Assembly: GCF_009914755.1 (NCBI RefSeq)
Contig: NC_060925.1
Length of the DNA stretch: 64,000 bases
Strand: one strand, 5' to 3'
DNA from: the human T2T-CHM13v2.0 reference genome, Homo sapiens
Below the pieces are notes generated by a model. That model made no database searches, had not been told where the DNA came from, and saw only the letters and a program-made list of their open reading frames with translations. The first letter of the stretch is position 1, and every line of letters begins with the position of its first letter. A program made the translations under genes and the position numbers. Shown here piece after piece: positions 16,386 to 35,400 of this stretch.

Positions 16386-16894
16386 CTTTAAGCTTTGAAC
16401 GTATTTTAAACTGGACTGCAGGATCAAATAACATCTTTTTAGCCTGTGCTCAAGGCTGCCCTCCTTCCCTAGCTTACCTGCCTGACTTCATCTCCCAGGG
16501 TTCAGTGTTCAAGCCATGCCCACCCCACACCTCTACCATCCCACACACCTAGGCTCCTTCCCTTCACTTTTGTTCATAGTAGTTATCCCACTTCAAATTC
16601 ACTCATATTTAATTACTCATATCTGTTTACTGATGCTGAAATCATTATTAAATGTCCAGCTGCAATCCAACCTTGTCATGATTATACTAGCATAAAAGCA
16701 AGCTCTTCCATAGCTGACCTTTACCACAACTTACTCCTTGTCTCACTTATTTCATAATGAATGTTTTCATTGTTATTGACATCTAAAGATAGCTGGTAAC
16801 TCATGTGACCACTAAGGTTTGCCTAACTCCTCAAACCTGAGATTGTCTGAAAATAGCACATTTTTAACAGCTTAGTTTTTTTTTTTTATCACAA

Positions 16895-17065
16895 ACAGTA
16901 TTAACATTATCTTCTTTAATCTTCACAGTAACTATGTGGGGTAACTATTAATATCTTCATTTTACATATGAAGAAAGAGTCCCAGAGTGATCATGTGACA
17001 AGTGTGGTATTGTCCAGGCAGCAAAAGGCAGAGCTGGGACTTGAACCCAGGTCTTAGGAGTCTGC
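16895..17065 (-). mobile_element. MIR
   Basis: tttaatcttcacagtaactatg...cattttacatatgaagaaa...agagctgggacttgaacccaggtct. Confidence 0.7.
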
Positions 17066-17068
17066 TTT

Positions 17069-17113
17069 AATACCAGAATAACACCAGAATAATACCAGAA
17101 TAACAGAATAAAT
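17069..17113. repeat. 11-bp tandem repeat (aataccagaat) x3 plus a partial copy
   Basis: Directly visible. Confidence 0.85.
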
Positions 17114-17156
17114 AATTTTGAGATTTAAGTGGGCAAATGTTTTTGTTTTCCCAACA

Positions 17157-19815
<2,659 letters not shown>

Positions 19816-19816
<1 letters not shown>

Positions 19817-19930
19817 AAAATAATAAGATTAATAAATAAATTAGTAAGTTTAATAAGTAAATTAATAACAAAATAGTAAGATTAATAAGTAAATTATAAC
19901 AAAATAATAAGATTAATAAGTACATTAATT
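19816..19930. repeat. AT-rich minisatellite, ~27-31-bp unit x4
   Basis: caaaata(a/g)taagattaataagtaaatt(a)ataa repeated. Confidence 0.8.
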
Positions 19931-20024
19931 ACTTGAGAATGAGAACCCCATAATCTGATTATAGGTACAAATGCAGTGCCTTGCACACTACAGGCACTCC
20001 CAAGGTATTTGCTTATTTGATTTT

Positions 20025-20235
20025 GGTGATGATAATAGGAAATATTTATGCCATTTGTGACAGGTCTTTAAAGAGATTATCTCATTTAATCATCACAAGA
20101 ACTATGTTGTTGGTACAATTATCATTTAAAAAATCAATAACCAATACTTGAAGATGTGAAGGAACATTCACGAGTTCACACAGCCTGTCAGGGTGGAGCT
20201 GAGACTGCAACCCAGAGCTGTCAGAGTCCAGAATC
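20025..20235 (-). mobile_element. MIR
   Basis: attatctcatttaatcatcacaagaactatg...ggtggagctgagactgcaaccca. Confidence 0.6.
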
Positions 20236-22348
20236 GGAAATGTTTTGCCTTACTTCTCCATACGAAGTTCCTAAGAGGAGCTGTCCATGAAGGTTTCTCA
20301 ATCCAGATTTACAACCATCATTCTTTAAATTTTCCCAAGACACAGTTGGCATAACCAAGTGTTACTTATCTGGTGGATAGTATTTACCATGGCAGGCTCA
20401 GAGGATATTTGAATGCAGACTCATATAAACTAACAAACCCATGTGCCAAGCTTTGTCTGGCAGTACATTCCTGCCTCCTAAGAGTAGCTCAAGTTCAAGA
20501 AAAGCAAATCTATCTGTCAGCTGAAACTTTAAATCTTGTGAAAAGGAAAACAAAACAAAACAAAACAAAACCCCACAAACATTTGAAACTTGGCCTCAAA
20601 GTTTTAGAAAATAAATGCACACACAGAGTTTTTTTCCTTTTGCCACGTGGCAGTGGTTGTGAAGTAAATATATCCCACTGCACTGATCTTACATCCTGTC
20701 ACATTAATGTTTCAGAGCACTCAATATAAATATTAAAACTAATAGCTTCACTCTTCAGCTATTACTCCACCATCCCCTGAAATCATCATAAAACTTTCAA
20801 AGCCTTTTAGAACATTTACACACTTGAATCTGATGGTGGGGAAAGGAGATTCACACACGCAGCCCATAAGCTTAAATAATAGTGAAGAGCTGTTTATGGA
20901 ATATGCTTTATTTATTCATCATTTCAAGTAAAGTTTTCATTTTGATGGAGGGGAAAAAATCAAAGTATAGCTGTCAAGGGATAAGGCTGAAGTATTGCTT
21001 TTCTATACTGAGGACTTGCAAAAAAAAGAAGTCCATGAGAATCTCAGTCCAAGGTCAATCAATGCTAAGACTGTGGGTACGTAAACAGCTAATGGATTGT
21101 AAAGACACATACTGGTGTGATGAATTTTTAAAGAGCAACTCTTCAGCACAGAACCCCATAAATCAATGATGACTTATTGGCTGGATCAATTATGCAAACT
21201 TTTTAAAACATTTAATGACAGGTAATGAACAGGTCTCTAGAGAACATCAGTCAACAGTGTTTTTGCAGTTGTAGTTACATCTGCTTAAGTGAATCGGGTG
21301 GGGGCAGTCATTCCTAGGAAGTAATTAAAAGTTAAACTAAGAATCTTCCTAAAGCGAAAAAGAGTAACTATTTTAGTCTTCATATATACCTTAAATAGCC
21401 AGGGAAATGAGTTGCATCTTAATGTATCCATAGGTAGTCCAGTATCTATGGACTGAGTATGCCAAATAGAAGTTCAGGGAGCTTCTATTCCTAAGCATTT
21501 GATTGGAGGTTTTCTGCAGAGCTATCTGAGGAACGAGGGAGAAGATGATTTTTGAAAGAAGTAAAAGTATAGCATGGGTATGACACAGATAGATAGGTTC
21601 TAATAATTATTTATTTTGAAATTAACTTTAAATAATTAGAGGAACAGACAGGCAATGATGGCTGATACTGTAGAATTCTGCTCAACCAAGAAGTGAAGGA
21701 CAGAAGGCTGAATGTGGGTGGACTAATCCTGCAGAAAGTCTCACATCATCACATGTGGCATTACAGTGCTTTAATCACATATTAAGATAGTGACCCAGTG
21801 AAAGATGAAAGACTTTAGGGGGTAGATTTTTTAACTTAACAGTCTTTTAGAGTTTAAACATTGATCTTTTTTATTGTATAACTTCAAATAAGTCTTTAGA
21901 TTATGAAAAAGGCAGAAGTTAAACATGCCATTCAATACTAAGCATAGTTCTTTAAGTCTAAGCCACTGACATTGATGCTGTATTTCTGTGTTAACATAGT
22001 TAAAGCATCACTCAGATCAGAAAGCCTTCTGACTGAATCTGAAAACACTAAAAATTCTAATATTCCTTTATAGGTCTCACTCATTTTGCTGCTCAGCAGA
22101 AGGATTGTAAAAATGAAAAATAAAAAGTAAGTAGATTGTAAAGTGCCCAAGTTCAAATGTCTCTGGCCTGGGATTGTTTTCTGTGTCAGAGAAGCTTCCT
22201 AGAATTGTTGCTGGGTTTTCCAGATACTCTCAGTTAAGCAGAAAAAAGGAAGTATCTTTAAACTATTACTGATTTTTGAATATTATTTTCTCAAGAGCCT
22301 CTGCTAACTATCAAACTTACTTAAGAAGCTTAAACACTTAATGGTATT

Positions 22349-24175
<1,827 letters not shown>

Positions 24176-24339
24176 TCTGCCAAATCTGAAGCATCCCTGA
24201 AACCAATAATTGGAATAGCATCAGGGCAGTAGTTGTTGCAAAATTTGGGGAATTAACATTCTTCCACAAAAGGGAAGGTTGCCTTTTGAAGTAAAAATAG
24301 CTGTTAACACCAAGGTCTTTATTACGTATCATGTACTTT

Positions 24340-24500
24340 ACCTGTATTAGCTCATCCGAGTCTGTCAACCCTTTGACATAAGCACTATTATCATCATTTT
24401 ACAGATGGGGACATAGAATCTCAGAGAAATTAAGAAACTTGCTTAAGGTCACTCAGCTATTAAATGGCAAAACTGGTATTCAAAAATAGGTGAAATAGTG
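24340..24500 (-). mobile_element. MIR
   Basis: cattttacagatggggacatagaatctcagagaaattaagaaacttgcttaaggtcactcagct. Confidence 0.75.
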
Positions 24501-24769
24501 TCTTACTGGAGTCTATGCCACAGTGCCAAGCTTGTAATAGGTTAAACTAAAAACAAAGGACTAAAAATACGATATCAAAAATTTTCTCTGTTGATATGCA
24601 TGGCTACTGTAGAAATAAAAAGGGTTTCAGGATAGTGGATTTCCTCTGTTGCCTCAGAAGGCAAATGAGGATTGCAATACTGGTCATTTATCCCAAGTAT
24701 GAAGGAACAAGAGGTGATGGTGGGTAGCTTAGTTCAGTCTTGTGTATACGACTTACCAAGTAATTCTAT

Positions 24770-24920
24770 GAGACAGGAGTCATGCTGTGAGTAATAAATG
24801 GTCTGTTTCTCTGACCCAGGGGTCTTGTGTCTTCTGTCAGTATATGTATATAAAACTATGGCAGGCTAACTTGTTAGCTTCCAAGTAGGTAAAATCTCAG
24901 ACCCTTCATAGTTTCTGACT
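24770..24920 (+). mobile_element. ERV1 LTR 3' fragment (MER34-like)
   Basis: aataaa...tctctgacccaggggtcttgtgtcttctg...ggcaggctaacttgttagcttccaagtaggtaaaatctcagacccttca. Confidence 0.55.
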
Positions 24921-25099
24921 TAACACTGGGAGGAGGAGGTCATGATTGTCACACCTCCACATGGAGGGAAACAACAGTAGGTTCCTCTGATATGCAAGTT
25001 CTCTGAGTTTCCCAGCAGAATGAGGGGTGAGGAGTGAGATAGTGGAGACAACATTTTCCGATTATCTTATGCTTGGGCCTGTATTCTCACAAAGATAAG

Positions 25100-25800
25100 A
25101 GTTGGAGAAATGCAAATTAAAATCTAGTAAAATATCACTTCACACTTATTAGAATGGCAAATATGAAAATGTTGAACATACCAAGTCATGCAAGAAAGTG
25201 GGTCAGTGGGGATTATATCTTGCTGGTAGGAGTGTAAATTGGGGCAATTTATACTTTAGAGAACAATTTGATAATACTTATCAACTAAATGTTCTAGAAA
25301 TTCTACCATAGAGAAAGTCTTGCACAAGTTGCATATATAAGAATACTCATTGTGACATTGTAAAAGTGAAAATTAGAAAAAAATCTTAAATATTAATCAG
25401 GAATAGAATGGATAAAAAATTGAGGTAAATTCATACTATCTAGCAGTTTAAATAAATAAACAAACTACATATATCAATGTGGATAAATTTTACATACAAT
25501 ATTATATTAGTAAAAGCAAGTTGTTGACACAGAGTGTGATGCCATTTGCATAAAGTTTTGGTGTACATAAAAGAGTAGTGTCTGTTTTGGGGATTCATTC
25601 AAGTGTAGGATGTAAAAACATGCACAGATGAGTGTTTGGTGGTAGGAAGAAAGAAGGGAATGGAATAAGAAAAGGTACACAGAAGTTCTTCAATTGTAGT
25701 TATGATGTTTTATTTCTTACACCTGGTGGCAAGGACTGAAATATTTGTTGTATTTTCCTCTATATTTTTTGTGTCTAAAATATTTCATAAAAATAACCTT
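25100..25800 (+). mobile_element. L1ME 3' end
   Basis: gagaaatgcaaattaaaa...cacttattagaatggcaaa...gctggtaggagtgtaaattgg...aaatatttcataaaaataa. Confidence 0.75.
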
Positions 25801-26869
25801 TAAAGAGTATTTATCATTTATATTGGAAAAGAACAGATAAGGCTTGGGAAAACATATCAGAATAACTTTATTAATGGCAGTGATTTCAACCTCAGAAGAT
25901 TTAGAATTGTTATAATTCTAAATTCTATTCCTAAATCGTTTTAAAAATGAATTAATTTGATCATCTGTCAGTTCAACAATACATTTCTGAAACCATCAAT
26001 CATTTCTAGAATGCAAGAAGTTGTTGGAGAAAATTCCCGCTCCCCATTTGTTTGTTTTTGAGTCATTTGTGAAGTTCTTCACTTATTAGACAATACATTA
26101 TTAATGGCATCTAGATAGGAAGTAATGTCTTGGAGCTTAACTTGGCAGCAAATAGATCTACACACCTATGCTAAAGGATTAACTTGAGAAGGAAAGATTA
26201 TTCAAATTATTATTCTTTTATAACTATTGAGTGAAAGTTTAAAAAATCCTGGTTTCTGATGAACAGCTTTGAATTTCTTTAAAATAGATCTATAAATTAG
26301 AAGCAAATCATTGTTTTCCCATTAGAAGAAGTGCCCTCAGATACCTAATTAATGTCTTTCTAAATTTCTGTGACTGAAACTTTGTGGCCTCAGTGTATCT
26401 ATCTTCAGGACAATTTGGGGAATCACAGTATAGATTCTTCCCGTGTCTTGGTCATTCTTTAAGGAAAGAGTGAGGTGGTTATGTGACTAAGGTGGGGTCC
26501 ACTTAAAATCTGACATATTATCATTTTAAATTACAGGCCTTGATATTGTGATCATTTCCAAGATGTGTATTGGGTTTGGTGATATATCATCACTATTTGC
26601 AGAATATATTTTATCCCCTATATTCTAACTTTTACCTCCCCCATGAAATTTCAAAATGCATTCCATGACCCAAAGACAATGGCACCAGTGTCTCCTTACC
26701 TTGAGCTTGTAAATAATACAAGTGGTCATTAATTGGACATGATTTGGTTCTTGTATAGAGATAAAGACAAGATTTTGTTCTTATTGTTTTCCCAATCTGA
26801 CAGTCAGGGGAAAGGACTGAAGGAAGATATATACAAGCTACAAACTGAGCCTTGTGCAAGCTCTCTCTA

Positions 26870-27177
<308 letters not shown>

Positions 27178-27855
27178 GAGTTACTTTGTGTGGGGAAGAA
27201 AAGAGGAGAAAGAGTTTTTATGGGAAGGCTCCATTTGTTCTCCTTTTCCATCAAAGATAAAATTTAACAGGAAAGATTTTATTTGAACATAAAGAAGAAA
27301 TTTTGAATAGTTTTTTAATACTGTAAAAGATTATGGACAAGTATCTTGGTCATATACTTTTTGAAATTAAAGTGACAACCAATCCTCAGCTATGTATTCT
27401 AGGTAGGTTCATTGGCTACTTGACTGACTTTGCTTTTCAGCTCGAGGAATTCAAGATTTAATATTATTCTCATTTTACTAATGGCAAAGATAACTCAGAG
27501 AAATGGAGTGACTTTGCTAGAAAGAGAGAGTTAATATTAGAGTTCCTATTTGAGTGTAAGCAAAATCAGACTTCTTTATCCCAGGTTCTCTCCTGATGAG
27601 CGTGCACCTTTGCTGTGTTTCTACTCTCTAAGGGGCTTGTGGCTCAATTAAACCAGAGCCTTCCTTAACTAACATGAACACAGGTGACTGATTCTATGTG
27701 GGATGGTCTTTAAGTAATCACACGAGTGGTTCAGATTTTGTCAGGCATTTTATATCTTGTAGAGTTAAATTTGATTTCACTCCATTAAATTCAGTAAACC
27801 TCATTGAAGACCCACTGTGTGCCAGACGCACAATCAAGTGCTAAGGATATACTTT

Positions 27856-28254
27856 ATATATGTATATATATATTTTTAAATTATACTTTAAGTTCTAGGG
27901 TACATATGCACAACGCGCCGGTTTGTTACATATCTATACATGTGCCATCTTGGTGTGCTGCACCCATTAACTCGTCATTTACATTAGTTATATCTCCCAA
28001 TGCTATCCCTCCCCGCTGCCCCCACCCCACAACAGGCCCCGGTGTGTGATGTTCCCCTTCCTGTGTCCAAGTGTTCTCATTGTTCAATTCCCACCTACAA
28101 GTGAGAACAGCAGTGTTTGGTTTTTTGTCCTTGCGATAGTTTGCTGAGAATGATGGTTTCCAGCTTCATCCATGTCCCTACAAAGGACATGAATGCATCA
28201 TTTTTTATGGCTGCATAGTATTCCATGGTGTATATGTGCCACATTTTCTTAATA
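27856..28254 (-). mobile_element. 5'-truncated L1PA4-like 3' end inserted in an L2 relic
   Basis: ttatactttaagttctagggtaca...ggtgtgctgcacccattaactcgtcattt...cacattttcttaat. Perfect 15-bp TSD ctaaggatatacttt at 27841-27855 and 28255-28269. Confidence 0.95.
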
Positions 28255-28769
28255 CTAAGGATATACTTTTAAAGGAAGCAAACACAGACTCAACATCACA
28301 GTGCTTCAGCCTAGTGGAACAACAAACAATAAGCAAATAATCTCAAACACGATGAACATCATTAAAAGGGAAGTAGATATGGAGAAAAACCCAGGCAAAG
28401 TCAACATCGATTTTACTTTAGTCTGGACAAATCTATTTCTGTCTCCAGAGATACAGCAACATTTAAGTTCATTGCTTCTTGGGAAGTAGCTATTCATTGA
28501 CCTTTATAGATAGGTGCATAGGAAAATGTGTTATTCGCTTGATTTCTTGTATAAGTCCAAAAGAAGAATAGAAATTACTAAAGAATAGTTAAAATTTGTG
28601 GAATGGTTAATTTTATATACTTAATTATAGAATTGTTTATACACACTTAGCATTTTATGAGAATGTAGACTAAGGCATTACACTCCTTCATTTTATTTGT
28701 CATCATAATCAAACCTGAACCTAGTCAAAATACTCACTTAAATAGGCTATTTGGATGGTTTAGTCACAC

Positions 28770-29240
28770 CATGGCTTGGACTTTGCCTGCTTTTTCCCAA
28801 AGAGTGAGGCCTGTGACAAGGGCTTGCGAGAAGGTGGTTTCTTTTGGGAAGTAGTTCAAGAGACAAAAGTGAGACAACTGAGAAGACTGAAAGGTAGAAG
28901 AAAGACCAGTTCCCGGGTGTGTTATTGCACTGATTACCACTGTAGGAAACTGGGGGTCCTTCTTCTTGGGGACAGCCTGGAAAGCCTTGTGAATGTGCCT
29001 TAGAACTGTCAGACAGCCATAATCATCTATTGGCTCTCATATGCCACTGGAAAAGAGTGGCCTTCAGGGAGTATGAACCTCTCCAGCATGCCCAGGGATG
29101 GCTGAGTGGGTGTCTCTGGTGGCAGAAAAAATTCCAGGACAGAAAGCCAGATTATATGTAGCAACTGAATCAAGCTGCTGTCAGGTGCCAGTTGGTGGTT
29201 GCCACAATGGTCAGAACAAGGCGGGGAGATGGAACGGCAG
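28770..29240 (-). mobile_element. LTR16-like ERVL LTR relic
   Basis: cctgtgacaagggcttgcgagaaggtggtttcttttgggaag...gttattgcactgattaccactgtaggaaactggg. Confidence 0.45.
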
Positions 29241-29500
29241 ATATTCCTTAAAAAGAACTATTCAAAATATCTCCTTCCTTTCCATGACTGAAAGGTGGAG
29301 GTCAGAGCATCTACAACACAATACAATGAAATTGGAAGTGCATACTTTCTTTGCAGAAAGGTCTCCTTCTGTAGCTGTCCTTAGGTTCTCTGAATTCAGG
29401 GTACAAAATGGACCCTGGTGTCTAGAATGGTGATTAGGAATTTCATGAATATTTGTTAGCCAGAGCTTTAGAGAATGAGAGGGGAAGCTCTTCAAAATGC

Positions 29501-29954
29501 TGAAAAAGACTCTCTTCTTGAACTAACTTTAATCAGGCTCCTCTGAGACCTCTGCTTGACTAGGCCTGGACTTGGGCTTCCCTCTGTCCTTGTAGTATTT
29601 AATTTGAGCAATAATCCTAGTATGTCAGTTTAGTGAACTGACTAACTTTCCCACTGTTGGTATCTGACCCCTCTCCACATCTTATTATGTTGGTCCATCT
29701 TCAGCAAGAATTCCATTGAGTTGGTCTAGCAACTACCCCTGATGTTTCTTCTCAGTATTTTACATTCGCTGACTCTTACCCTTCTCCTTGGCTATAAATC
29801 CCCACTTGTCCTTGAGGGAGTTGGAGTTGAGCTCAATCTCTCCCTGCAAGACCCTATTGCAGTGGTCCCTCTACTTACCATGAATCCTCCCCTTGAATTA
29901 AATTCTGCCTTACTGTTCTTTAATAAGCGTCATTGGACAATTTTTTCTTTAACG
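29501..29954 (+). mobile_element. MER31 solo LTR (ERV1)
   Basis: tgaaaaagactctcttcttgaactaactttaatcaggctcctctgag...gctataaatcccc...ttttttctttaacg. Perfect 4-bp TSD atgc/atgc. Confidence 0.85.
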
Positions 29955-31544
29955 ATGCTAATGTCTGTAGGCTGAAGAGAAACATTAGAGGCTTACTATG
30001 TACCAGGCACTATTCTAACACATCAGAACAATGTCCTCAAGCCCCTTCTATGTGCCATGCTTATGCTAGACACTGGGGGGAGTAGGTTGAATAAAATGTG
30101 GCTCCTTTTCTCAAAGAGGGATCCATTACTGTTAGCAAAGAGTAAAGAGATAAATGACACCACCACAAATCCTGAGTCATGACATGAATTTGTTGAGAGT
30201 GCAACTCTTCCTAGGGTGCTGGGAAGGGTTCACAAAGAAGGGGGCCAGGACTAATGCCCTCCTTTTACAGCAACCGTAGCTTCTAATTCCCCCTCATATA
30301 GTTACAACTTGTTTGATATATACAGAAGCACAAGAATTAATGTCCTAATGATATGTATTATGATGTGGTGCTAATATATGTGAAGTCAGTACTGTCTTCA
30401 GACAGTTCACATTTCATTTTCTGAACAGAATAGATAAGATTCCATCAAGTTTCTTCTTAGTTGCTAAGGACTTCATAAATTTCTCTTGTAATTGACTTGC
30501 TCTCAGACAATAATTGTTAACTGATAAATAGGAGAATTGTCAGGTGTGGAATCAGTGGTGAAAGAAAGATAGTTTCTCTGTTGCACTTATGAAGAATCGC
30601 CGATAAGACCTCTGATCCCATTAAGGATATAAACTCTTCAGATGGAGTTGATGACAGCCCCATGGGCTGCCTGAGCCCTCACCAGCTTGGCTGTTCTCAG
30701 TGCATGTTCAGCCAAAGGGAGATGAAATCAATGCAAGAATTTCATGGCCTCCAAGAAAATTACTGTTGAGAGATGACCTAGTTCTTTGATTGGTGTCACC
30801 AGAAGACAGGCCTCCTTGAGAAATGAATGTAATGACATCCACCAGCTGCTTAAATTCTTTCTATTATATGCATTTGCTTTCAAATGGCTTTAGCATTTTA
30901 GCATAAACTACCACTTGCTTTCCTCCCAGGTTTGGGCTCTGGGCATTTTTAAAGCAGCAGGCAGAGGCAGTGCTGGCACAAGCAGCATACTGCTCTGCAT
31001 CTCCCAGGCTGGATGAAAGCTTCTTTGCTTGGATCCCTTAATGATTAAGGGCTAAGAAAGTGGCATGAGTGGATTAATGATTCCAAATGAAATTCCTCCC
31101 TTTCCTTTGTTGTGTTCTCATTCACAAGAATTACTGTGGTGTAAGGATAAATACTGGGACTCTAAGCACTATATTGCCACCTTCCCTTCCGGTACCCACA
31201 TTTCCAGTACCCACATTGGTTCTTACATGGGTGTGTCCTGGCTTTACTCATTCTTATGTCTGCACTGACTTCTGAAAACTCTTGAAAGTATCTTATTTTG
31301 TCCCTATGAAAGACCTAGATGTACATGAAGACAGAAAGTGAGCTACAGGAGTTGAAAAGATAAAATAAAAACTAGAGCGGAAGATACAAACAACATTTGC
31401 AAATGAATGAAACCCCATGGACTCTGTTGATCTGCCATGACTGCTATAGCCTGCTCCCTCATCTCACTTTTTCACCAGTCTTCCTTGCTTCTCTCTCCCT
31501 TGGCTCCATACAGTGAAAGATGGTGGATAAGGTGCTGCAAAGAT

Positions 31545-31760
31545 ATAACAACAGCAGCAGCAACAGCAGCAGCACAGTCTTTTAAACTGAATTTATGTCT
31601 GAGTACTTACTATGTACCAGGCACCATTCTAAGCAATTTTTATATATTAACTTGTGTAATCTTCACAACAACCCTATGGATTCATGCTATTATTCTTTTA
31701 TTTTAGGTGAGGGACTGAGGCACAGATAGCTAAAGTAACTTAAGTTTATACAACCATGTC
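31545..31760 (-). mobile_element. MIR with CAG/CAA-rich tail
   Basis: acaacagcagcagcaacagcagc...gagtacttactatgtaccaggcacc...taatcttcacaacaaccctatg...gagggactgaggcacaga. Confidence 0.75.
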
Positions 31761-32312
31761 CCTGTCTCAGTTACCACTCTCTTCTGCTTGTGATAACCAT
31801 AAAGGATTGAATACAAAAAGTTAATGTTAATGCCTGCCGTTTCTTTGTCAAATGGAAAAGTAGGTGCTGAGAAGTGTTAGAGGGAGAACATCCTGTGTCC
31901 CTTCCAAGTGGAAAGATCATCAGGATCTCCTGCCGGATAATGTCCTTTTGGAAAATATGAGTCATCCTCAGGAAGCCCCACGCCCAGGATAGGTCACACT
32001 AAATACTTTGCCAACCCAATGTGAATGCATGGCTCCATTAATACTATGAATAGTATCTTTAAGACGGTTTTGAACAGTAAGCTGCTAGCACACACGTTCT
32101 TCCTAGGGGCCCACTTGTGGCCTCCTTCATCCACATGTGCCAGTGTATTACTTACTGGTTGCTGCAGGCAGGAATGTTAGATAAGGTGTAATTTCTAACT
32201 GACGTTGAGCTTTCATTTCAATCCAAGGTATTTGGGACAGAGAAAATTTGTGGAATAGGTGGTTTCCAGCATGTTTGTCGCTCAGAGGAAAAACATTAAG
32301 AATTTAGCTACA

Positions 32313-32459
32313 GGCCGGGCGTGGTGGCTCATGCCACATCTCTACTAAAAATACAAAAATTAGCCGGGTGTGGTGGTGGGCACCTGTAATCCCAGCTACT
32401 CGGGAGGCTGAGATAGGAGAATCACTTGAACCTGGGAGGTGGAGGTTGCAGTAAAAAAA
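32313..32459 (+). mobile_element. AluS with an internal left-arm deletion and a right-arm 3' deletion
   Basis: ggccgggcgtggtggctcatgcc|acatctctactaaaaatac...ggaggttgcagt|aaaaaaa. Perfect 15-bp TSD aagaatttagctaca at 32298-32312 and 32460-32474. Confidence 0.92.
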
Positions 32460-35400
32460 AAGAATTTAGCTACACTGGGGTCTTGTCTTCCTCTATTCAC
32501 ACCTGGAAATCTGCTGTCTATGGAAACCTGTGAGATCTGGAAGAGCTTGAAAGAGCTCCTGGATCTTTATCATTTTTGATGTGTGCCCTTGCAGACTGGT
32601 GTGAAAAATGTGGGCAGATGTGGAAGATTTTCCATCCTCAATCTGACTCTGACCATGGGTTCAGGATGGGTTTGCCAAATAACTTACTGGTTTTATAACA
32701 GGTAACAGGTGAGTATAACATGGTAGACCATTGGGTGACCTCCCTAAGAGGCAACCAAATAGCTGGTCCCCTCCAGTTCCGTTGGGCAGTTCAACAGAGG
32801 GAGTTACTGAGCATAGCTGGCTTGCATGAGGTACTTGGCAATGTGCGTTTGGCCAAGGTGCCCACCTGTTGACCAGCAGCATGAAGAAGAAATGGTGTGA
32901 GTTCATGCTCTGGGCCTGTATGCCTCATGCGTGTGCTTCATGCATTTCTAAAGAAGCAGCCCCACACCATAAAACCTCCCTGAAAGCCACTGAGGTACCT
33001 CTCTAAAAACCATAATAGACTGTGCTGAAAGCCTAACTTTGACTGATGTGAGGTTTGGGACTCTACCCAGGTAAGAATCCAGGCAGCAAGGAGACCGTAG
33101 AAGGCAGATGACCCAGAGTAGGGCCAAACTGTTTACCAGCTAGTGTGTTTTTGAAAATTTTCCTTAACTGGTCATGGCAGCAGAAAATACCCTGCTGTTA
33201 AACGCATCTGCAATCTGCTGCTCTCCCAGTCCACCTACAAAAATTTTGACCTTTAAAGAAATGATGGAGAGGCTGGTGATTTTTTCGGTGGCATTGAAGC
33301 TCAGTCTATTTTAGGCTCCAAGGCAATTGCAGCCCTCTTTGCTCCCTATTTTGCATCACTTTTAAGTCTTGTTCTGGCCACTGTGAACCCTTGAGCACTT
33401 CTCCCTCTACAATCACTCAAGATCTGTGATCTGTGATTTGCAGATGACATGCACATTTCTTGGCTGATGGTTGCTGAAGCAGTTTGCAAACCTAAGGCAG
33501 TTAAAGGGGGAGGGGGTGGAAGAGCAGATTACAACTGTAATGCCACCCTAAATTTCAATTTTCATGCAAATGTATAACTGGCTTCTCATTATTTTGAGTG
33601 AAGGAACAGTAGCGGTTGGTGTGAATTACCATATTCATATTTTGATGACCAAACAATTGGCTGATTTCTATTGTTTGTCACTCCTGTGAAACTATAGTAC
33701 TTTAGAAACCCAGGTGGGAGCAAGATGTTATTAACAACACTCCTCCCCCCAAAAATGTCCAAACACAAAGACAAAATCTTAGGATCCTCTCATTATGAAA
33801 ATCTGTTACAGGGATGTGTCAAAAAACACTCAGCTTCCTGAGTTTTAGAGCAATAATGGCTGTATTTTGGACCAGTTTTCATTTGAATATCTGCAAAATA
33901 TGTAAATTACCAAATCTTTGAGAAAAGTTATTTAATAAGTGTCATTTATTGAAATATTCACTCATTTAAAAAAGACCATCTTAATGAAACCTAGGCTTAT
34001 CTGATTTTTAAGCAGACATGATATGTGTGTAAATGTAATGTGATCTGAAAGACACATTAATGAGATTGCCATCAGAAGGATTACTGAGATTCTGTGTTCA
34101 GACACCGAGAAAAGCCAAATGGGTGTATCAAGCACCCATTTCTAATCTTCAAAAGCAAATTTATTGAAGTGTCTCAATTTTGCCACACACCCTAACATCT
34201 GCATATGGGACCAGATTCCTAATCCTGTCACACTGTGATGCTGCAGATTAAGAGAATGTATAATCAATGCCTCTGTCGCTATACATAAATATAGACTGCT
34301 AAATCAAGTGTGGGCTTTACAACAGAGACTCCTTATCCTAAGCAGATTTTGCACTAAACATTGCTGAAATCCTGGAAAATTAAAAACAACAACAACAAAA
34401 AACAGTGATAGTCTCTGGTATTTTCTTCCTTTATCTAATTAAAAAAAATTATCTGTAAGTGGAAGCTACCATATAAATGTTTCAACAGCAAACAAGAAGC
34501 AAAGAAAAGGAAATTCAGACTTAAAGAACACCCCACCATGTGTCAGACATTGTGTTAGATGCTTAACATACATTATTCCATTTAGTAATAAATCAGTACA
34601 AATAAGTATTCATTGAGTTTTCTCAACATGTCAGTGTTCTATGCTGGTTATAATTCTTCAAATATTTCTATGTATTTGTACCATTTACCCCTTTACTACC
34701 ATTGTTAAGTGTTTCTAACACTGTATTAATTATACAAATGTTTGTGAAGAAATCTCTGAGAACTTTGGAAATTCCCAAATCCACAAAACTACAAGGAAAC
34801 AAGTAGAGAATTAAAGTCATGATATCCAGTTAAATGACTCATGCCTGCCTCCCAGTTCAGGCAATTGAAATTTGTGCCTCATCAAAATTACAAATTACTC
34901 CATCTTATGGACTTTCAGGGTCATTTAAGAACATTCAAAATGATGAATGTTAAATCCACAACTGCCAGGGGCTTATTGTATCATGCATGTCAGCATGACA
35001 CTCAATTGTTACTTTTAGTGACAATCAAAATAACTTTCATTTAAATTATCTGCCACAACCCTTTACAGTATTTCAGATTTCTGACTAATCTATGTTTCAT
35101 TTAGCCTTTTGAGTTCCATTTGTTCAAAGTCAATGTAAGGTAAAGCCTAGATGTTATCACAGCTCCTCCAAGAAATTGGAGAAATATCGTTAGAGATGAC
35201 AATATTCACAAAGCACTGGGGAAAGGTTGAGGTATGTCCCCTTGAAATTTTCCAAAAAAAGAAAAAAACTTATAATGGTAGGAAATATTATTGAACTTTT
35301 AAAGTGTATAAAATCATCGATTTAAATTGTGAAATATAAGTCACAGTTCTATTGATTTCGTTACTGGATGAAAAATCACAAATTTCCCATCAATGTAGAG

